DNA of 64,000 nt from Abditibacteriaceae bacterium (lineage in GTDB: Bacteria > Armatimonadota > Abditibacteriia > Abditibacteriales > Abditibacteriaceae): positions 2,368,001 to 2,432,000 of the forward strand of contig OZ255721.1 of assembly GCA_965277285.1 (NCBI GenBank), read 5' to 3'. Of the stretch, positions 59,393 to 64,000 are shown one piece after another. The stretch's first letter is position 1, and every line of letters begins with the position of its first letter. The notes below the pieces were generated by a model. The model searched no databases and had not been told where the DNA came from. It was given only the letters and a program-made list of their open reading frames with translations. A program made the position numbers and the translations under genes.

Positions 59393-60226
59393 ATGATTGA
59401 AAGCGTGAAAGAAATCTGGCAGTTTCGCCCGCTGATTTTGGAGTTGGTGCGGCGCGATTTGAAATTGCGTTATAAAAACTCGGTCGGTGGCATTTTGTGG
59501 AGCTTGCTCAACCCGCTGATGCAGATTTTCTCGATCACGATTTTGTTGCGTTTCATCGCCGCGCGCCCGATTCCCAACGTTTCGGCTTATCTGTTCATCT
59601 TGTTCGCATGGAACTTTTTTGCGACGTGCATTCAAGATTCCTGTACTTCGATTTTGGGCAATGCCAGCCTGGTGCGCAAGATTTATTTCCCGCGCGCCAT
59701 TTTGCTGCTCACGACGCTCATCGCCAGTTTGTTCCATTTCGGCATTTCGTTTACTTTTACCCTGCTCTATTTCTTCGCGCTGCGCACTTATCCGGCGCAA
59801 CTTAGTTGGTCTATTTTTCTGGTTTTTCCTATTCTGTTTTTCTTGTCGTGCCTGGCGTTGGGAATCGGCTTTATCGTGGCCTATCTCAATGTGTTTTATG
59901 AAGATGTGCGCTTCATCGTTGGCGTGATTTTGCAATTGTTGTTTTATCTGGTGCCGGTTTTTTACACGATTGAACAAGTGCAAAGCCGCGGCGCGGATGT
60001 GTTTCACCTTTACCTATTGAACCCTTTGGCGACTTTTCTGGTGACGTATCAGCGCGCTTTGCTGGGGCCGCCAATTGTTTATGCGGCGGATGGGAAAACA
60101 CGATTGCCAAGCGTTGGCATTCCCTGGGAACATTTTGCGATAGCTTGCCTGGTCAGCGTTTTTGTTTTGCTCGGCGGCTTCGCCTTGTTCGAGCGCAACA
60201 AATGGGACATGGCCGAGCGTTTGTGA
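59393..60226 (+). CDS. wzm: ABC-2 polysaccharide export permease
   Basis: RRDLKLRYKNS..G..WSLLNPL, KIYFPR, NPL. Confidence 0.9.
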   Translation: MIESVKEIWQFRPLILELVRRDLKLRYKNSVGGILWSLLNPLMQIFSITILLRFIAARPIPNVSAYLFILFAWNFFATCIQDSCTSILGNASLVRKIYFPRAILLLTTLIASLFHFGISFTFTLLYFFALRTYPAQLSWSIFLVFPILFFLSCLALGIGFIVAYLNVFYEDVRFIVGVILQLLFYLVPVFYTIEQVQSRGADVFHLYLLNPLATFLVTYQRALLGPPIVYAADGKTRLPSVGIPWEHFAIACLVSVFVLLGGFALFERNKWDMAERL

Positions 60227-60236
60227 GTTTTGAAAA

Positions 60237-60974
60237 ATGAGCAACGAGTACTCGATAGAAGTCGAAAACATGACGAAGACGTTTCGCGTGGTTCACCGCG
60301 AAGCGTCGCTCAAGTCGGCGGCTCTGAGTCGTTTGCGCTTGAGGCGTCCGCGCGTCGAGGAGTTCGTCGCGCTGCAAGACATTTCGTTTCAAATTCCCAA
60401 AGGTCAAACGGTCGGCGTCATCGGGCGCAACGGCAGTGGAAAAAGCACGCTTCTCACTTTGATGTCGCGCATTTATCGTCCCAACAAAGGGCGCATCACG
60501 GTTCGCGGGCGCATTGCCACACTTTTGGAACTCGGAGCCGGTTTCAATTCCGAGTTCACCGGCATTGAAAACATTTTCCTGAACGGCGTTATTATGGGTA
60601 TCAAGCGCGAGAAAATCGAAGCGCGCCTGCCCGACATCGTGGAGTTCGCCGGCTTGAACGAGTTTATTGACACCAAAGTCAAATTTTATTCTTCGGGCAT
60701 GATCACGCGCCTGGGATTTTCGGTCGCCGTGCATTCGGAGCCGGATGTTTTGCTGGTGGACGAAGTTTTGGCGGTAGGCGACGCCGAGTTTCAGGAAAAG
60801 TGTTACGACAAGATCGAAGAGTTTAAAGCCAAGGGCGTGACGATTTTCTTTGTCTCGCACGATGTGCGCGCCATGCGCCGCGTCGCCGACCGCATTTTGT
60901 GGATTCATGATCACAAGCTGCGCGAAGATGGCGCGCCCCTGCCAATTTTAGAACGCTACGAAAGCGGACATTGA
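60237..60974 (+). CDS. wzt: Polysaccharide export ABC ATPase (no C-terminal domain)
   Basis: GRNGSGKS, LLELGAGF, YSSGM, DEVLAVGD. Confidence 0.92.
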   Translation: MSNEYSIEVENMTKTFRVVHREASLKSAALSRLRLRRPRVEEFVALQDISFQIPKGQTVGVIGRNGSGKSTLLTLMSRIYRPNKGRITVRGRIATLLELGAGFNSEFTGIENIFLNGVIMGIKREKIEARLPDIVEFAGLNEFIDTKVKFYSSGMITRLGFSVAVHSEPDVLLVDEVLAVGDAEFQEKCYDKIEEFKAKGVTIFFVSHDVRAMRRVADRILWIHDHKLREDGAPLPILERYESGH

Positions 60975-61057
60975 GCCAGACAGCAGACATTGAACCGGAC
61001 AGCGCAACGGAACACGAAGCCGCAAGGAACAAGAAGCCGTAAGGAAAACATTGTGCC

Positions 61058-62134
61058 ATGAACATTCTTCGTACCGAAGCAGTTGCGGATGAAGCATGGA
61101 ACGATTTGGTCGCTGCCTCAGACGACGCCTGGCTTTACCATTCCAAAGCCTGGCTCGACATGACAGCGCGCGTTTATAATTTGGAAAACGTTTTCTTCTC
61201 TGTGACGCATAACGGTGCTTTGGTTGGTGCCTTCGCCGCACAATTACAAAAAGGTCGCTTATACGGACGTGAACACAACGTGGCGCACGCGAATATTATG
61301 GGGCCTGCCGGGCCGTTGTTCCATCGAGTACTCGAACCTAAAGTGCGTCAGCGCGCCGCGCTCGAACTGACTCAAGCGATCCGCGAATGGTTGCTCGAAT
61401 CACACATCCTTCATATTTCTTGCTCGCTGCCGCCGCTGGCGCCCTTCAATTTAGGAAACGTGCGCGGAGTGAACCCGCTTTCTCTGGCGGGCTGGAAAGA
61501 CGTTTCCACTCATACGCGCATCATTGATTTGTCCGCTACCGAAGACGTGCTATGGGCAAACCTTTCCAGGAATGCGCATCGAAAAATTCGTGCTGCGGAA
61601 AAGGTGAATTATCGCATTCAAGTCGAGCCATGGCAGGAAGCCCTTGAGGAATATTATGATGTCCACGTTCAAAATTACACGCGGACTGGAGTTCCACCCC
61701 ATCGTCGCTCTTATTTTGAAGGCATTGCGCACGACATCGCACCAGACGGCGCTGCGGTTTTGTGGGTCGCACGCGATGCGCGAGGCCAGGCGGTGGCTTT
61801 CCACAACGACGCGCGCTTTGGCTCGGGTTCTCTTTCGTGGACGGCTTGTTCGCGTAATAAACACTTGGAAGGAGGTATCAATTACTTGCTCTTCTGGGAA
61901 TCCCTCAAGGGCGCTCGCCGCGATGGTTGTCGTTGGTACGATGCGAATGAACTCTTCCTTGACGCCGAAGATGGCAAGCTCCGCGATTTGACGACCTTCA
62001 AGTCCAAGTTTGGTGGCGAAACCTACCGGTTTTATCGAGGTACATTGGCTGGCGTTCCTTTTGTCAAATCTTCGCTGCCGCGTCGCACAGCCGCCAAAAT
62101 CTATCGCGGCCTGAAAAGTTTGCGCCAGCGATAG
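61058..62134 (+). CDS. GNAT/FemAB-like acyltransferase
   Basis: IDLS...LW.NLSRNAHRKIR.A, NYLLFWE, FKSKFG. Confidence 0.8.
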   Translation: MNILRTEAVADEAWNDLVAASDDAWLYHSKAWLDMTARVYNLENVFFSVTHNGALVGAFAAQLQKGRLYGREHNVAHANIMGPAGPLFHRVLEPKVRQRAALELTQAIREWLLESHILHISCSLPPLAPFNLGNVRGVNPLSLAGWKDVSTHTRIIDLSATEDVLWANLSRNAHRKIRAAEKVNYRIQVEPWQEALEEYYDVHVQNYTRTGVPPHRRSYFEGIAHDIAPDGAAVLWVARDARGQAVAFHNDARFGSGSLSWTACSRNKHLEGGINYLLFWESLKGARRDGCRWYDANELFLDAEDGKLRDLTTFKSKFGGETYRFYRGTLAGVPFVKSSLPRRTAAKIYRGLKSLRQR

Positions 62135-62248
62135 TGGATTATGAAAGCGCATATCGAGTACTCGATGCGGAGAAAGATGAACACGTTGCCCAGATAACGC
62201 GTTGCCTGGATAAGCAGATGAGAAACGAGTGCCAGTAGAGAGGCGGCT

Positions 62249-63019
62249 ATGAAAAATGAAGCGACATCTGAAGACAATCGGCAACAAGCGCGTTTCGCCG
62301 AGCTTTATCCGCTCGATAGTTGGCGCCCCAAAGGGTCATACTACACAGCCCTTTTTGCGCGCCGTCTGGAAATTCTTAGAAAGCATTATTCGGGTGGTCA
62401 CGCAATTGATTTGTGTTGCGGAACCGGAGAATATCTGCTTCCCGTTGCCGAGTTCGCCGACAGCGTGACTGGTATTGACTTTGAACCCCGGATGGTTCAC
62501 GAAACGCATCAACAGATCGCCAAGCGGAATCTGCAAAACGCTTGCTGCGTTCAAGGAAATGCGCGTCACTTGCCTTTTGCCAACGCCGCCTTTCGCTTTC
62601 TCTACTCTTACTCGATTTTTTATGGTATTCCTCGGATTGAAGAAGTTCTTCGGGAATCGGTTCGAGTACTCGAACCCGGCGGCATTGTCGTTGTGGATTT
62701 CGGTTTACGCCGTTCTCTCAATAGCATTGTTGTACGGGCGCACCGAGACGAAATGGCTGATTATTATCCGTCTTCACCGCAAGATATTGACAAGATGTTA
62801 GAGGGCATGAATTTACGTATTGTCGCTACTTATTACTTTCAAATTCTTCCGATGTGGGGACAAAAACCCGGTTGGTTAAAACCGTTATTGCACCCGCGCT
62901 GGCGAGGCATGGCAGCGTCTCATTGCGGTGGCATTATGCTCGATGAACGAATCAGCAGCCTTTGGCTGTTGCGCAATTTCGCGTTTCGTCGTCTTATCGT
63001 TGCTCAAAAAATCAAGTGA
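62249..63019 (+). CDS. Class I SAM-dependent methyltransferase
   Basis: IDLCCGTG, GID, GNARHLPF, RVLEPGG. Confidence 0.88.
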   Translation: MKNEATSEDNRQQARFAELYPLDSWRPKGSYYTALFARRLEILRKHYSGGHAIDLCCGTGEYLLPVAEFADSVTGIDFEPRMVHETHQQIAKRNLQNACCVQGNARHLPFANAAFRFLYSYSIFYGIPRIEEVLRESVRVLEPGGIVVVDFGLRRSLNSIVVRAHRDEMADYYPSSPQDIDKMLEGMNLRIVATYYFQILPMWGQKPGWLKPLLHPRWRGMAASHCGGIMLDERISSLWLLRNFAFRRLIVAQKIK

Positions 63020-63038
63020 ACCGTCGCGCTTATCAACG

Positions 63039-63995
63039 ATGACTTCGACCATACAACGAACGGCTTTAGTGACCGGCGGCGCGGGATTTATCGGCTCGCA
63101 CCTTGTCCGTCGTTTGCTGCGCGAAGGCTGGCGCGTTCGAGTACTCGATGATTTTTCGAGCGGCAGAACCGAAAACCTGACAGATGTGCGCCATCAAATC
63201 GAAGCCATTTCAGGCAGCATCACCGAAGAAGCCACGGCGCGCCGTGCCGCTGCGGGCGTAAATTGCGTGTGGCATCATGCCGCGATTGTGTCCGTTCCCC
63301 GTTCCATCCGCGAGCCGTTGAACACGCATGTGGTTAACGCGACCGGAACGCTGATGATGTTGCAGGCCGCTCAGGAAGCCGGAGTGCGGCGCTTTGTTTA
63401 CGCGGCCAGTTCGTCGGCTTATGGAGATACGGTCGTTTCGCCGCAAATCGAAACGCTGACGCCCAATCCTTTATCGCCTTATGCCGCGTCCAAACTCTGC
63501 GGCGAATCGTATTGCCGCTTGTGGCACACCGTATATGAGACAGAAACCATCGCGCTACGTTACTTCAATGTATTCGGGCCACGGCAAGACCCGAACTCGG
63601 AGTATGCCGCAGTGATTCCGCGCTTTATCGTGGCCATTCTCGAAGGACGCGAAATCACGATTTACGGTGACGGCGAACAAACGCGCGATTTCACTTTCGT
63701 CGACAACGTTGTCCAGGCGAATTGGCGCGCTTTGTCTTCCAGCGGCGCGGGCGAAGTTTTCAACATTGCGTGCGGACAAAGCGTGAGTTTGAATCATTTG
63801 GTGAAGTTGTTGGGCGACATTATCGGCATCGAACCTCGCGTTCGTTATGAAGCGGCGCGCACCGGAGATGTGCGATATTCGCAAGCCAGCATCGAAAAGG
63901 CGCGACGCGTTCTGCAATACGAACCAACCACGAGTTTTCGAGATGGCCTGGAACAAACCGTCGCGGCTTATCGCGCAGATAGTCGGGTGCCATAA
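63039..63995 (+). CDS. NAD-dependent nucleotide-sugar epimerase/dehydratase
   Basis: TGGAGFIGS, SPYAASK, LRYFNVFGPRQ, GDGEQTRDF. Confidence 0.93.
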   Translation: MTSTIQRTALVTGGAGFIGSHLVRRLLREGWRVRVLDDFSSGRTENLTDVRHQIEAISGSITEEATARRAAAGVNCVWHHAAIVSVPRSIREPLNTHVVNATGTLMMLQAAQEAGVRRFVYAASSSAYGDTVVSPQIETLTPNPLSPYAASKLCGESYCRLWHTVYETETIALRYFNVFGPRQDPNSEYAAVIPRFIVAILEGREITIYGDGEQTRDFTFVDNVVQANWRALSSSGAGEVFNIACGQSVSLNHLVKLLGDIIGIEPRVRYEAARTGDVRYSQASIEKARRVLQYEPTTSFRDGLEQTVAAYRADSRVP

Positions 63996-64000
63996 CGGGT

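Larger units (their letters stand above)
1658..63148. repeat. Dispersed highly iterated palindrome TCGAGTACTCGA
   Basis: About 44 exact copies by manual count, e.g. 1658, 3334, 6223, 8314, 11972, 14831, 17168, 18056, 18427, 19069, 19750, 20447, 21547, 22153, 22537, 24295, 27556, 29304, 33729, 37803, 39860, 40644, 43035, 43757, 48357, 52499, 58789, 63137. Confidence 0.97.

Noticed and set aside
1658..63148. Iterated palindrome as a CRISPR array or integron attC series
   Set aside because: Spacing is irregular (hundreds to thousands of bp), many copies are inside genes, and there are no attC R/L boxes or integron-integrase insertion evident

Overview
Bacterial chromosomal window. The gene set (H-X9-DG domain, Lys/Ala-tailed HU, der-plsY-gpsA) suggests Abditibacteriota/Armatimonadota, which is an inference. 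The left ~16 kb looks like an accessory island at the 3' end of tRNA-Ala(CGC). It holds two convergent paralogous tyrosine recombinases, an excisionase-like HTH, replication-like remnants, a CsoR/CopZ/CopA copper module, many oxidoreductases, and a head-to-tail array of IS5-derived ends that each bracket one passenger gene. The remaining ~48 kb is mostly core and metabolic: HU, gpsA, plsY, der, argH, GH2, glgP, a histidine kinase, acs, a ytfQRT-yjfF furanose ABC transporter with two glycosidase-like genes, an M16-like pair, and the start of a wzm/wzt polysaccharide locus. The dominant unexplained signal is a highly iterated 12-14 bp palindrome, (W)TCGAGTACTCGA(W). A manual count gave about 44 exact 12-mers plus about 20 near matches. 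It occurs inside genes in all three frames, at gene boundaries and at the centre of long hairpins. In at least three places it appears as a pair exactly flanking apparently inserted DNA, which suggests a genome-wide insertion or recombination site. All counts and family calls were made by eye; no searches were run.
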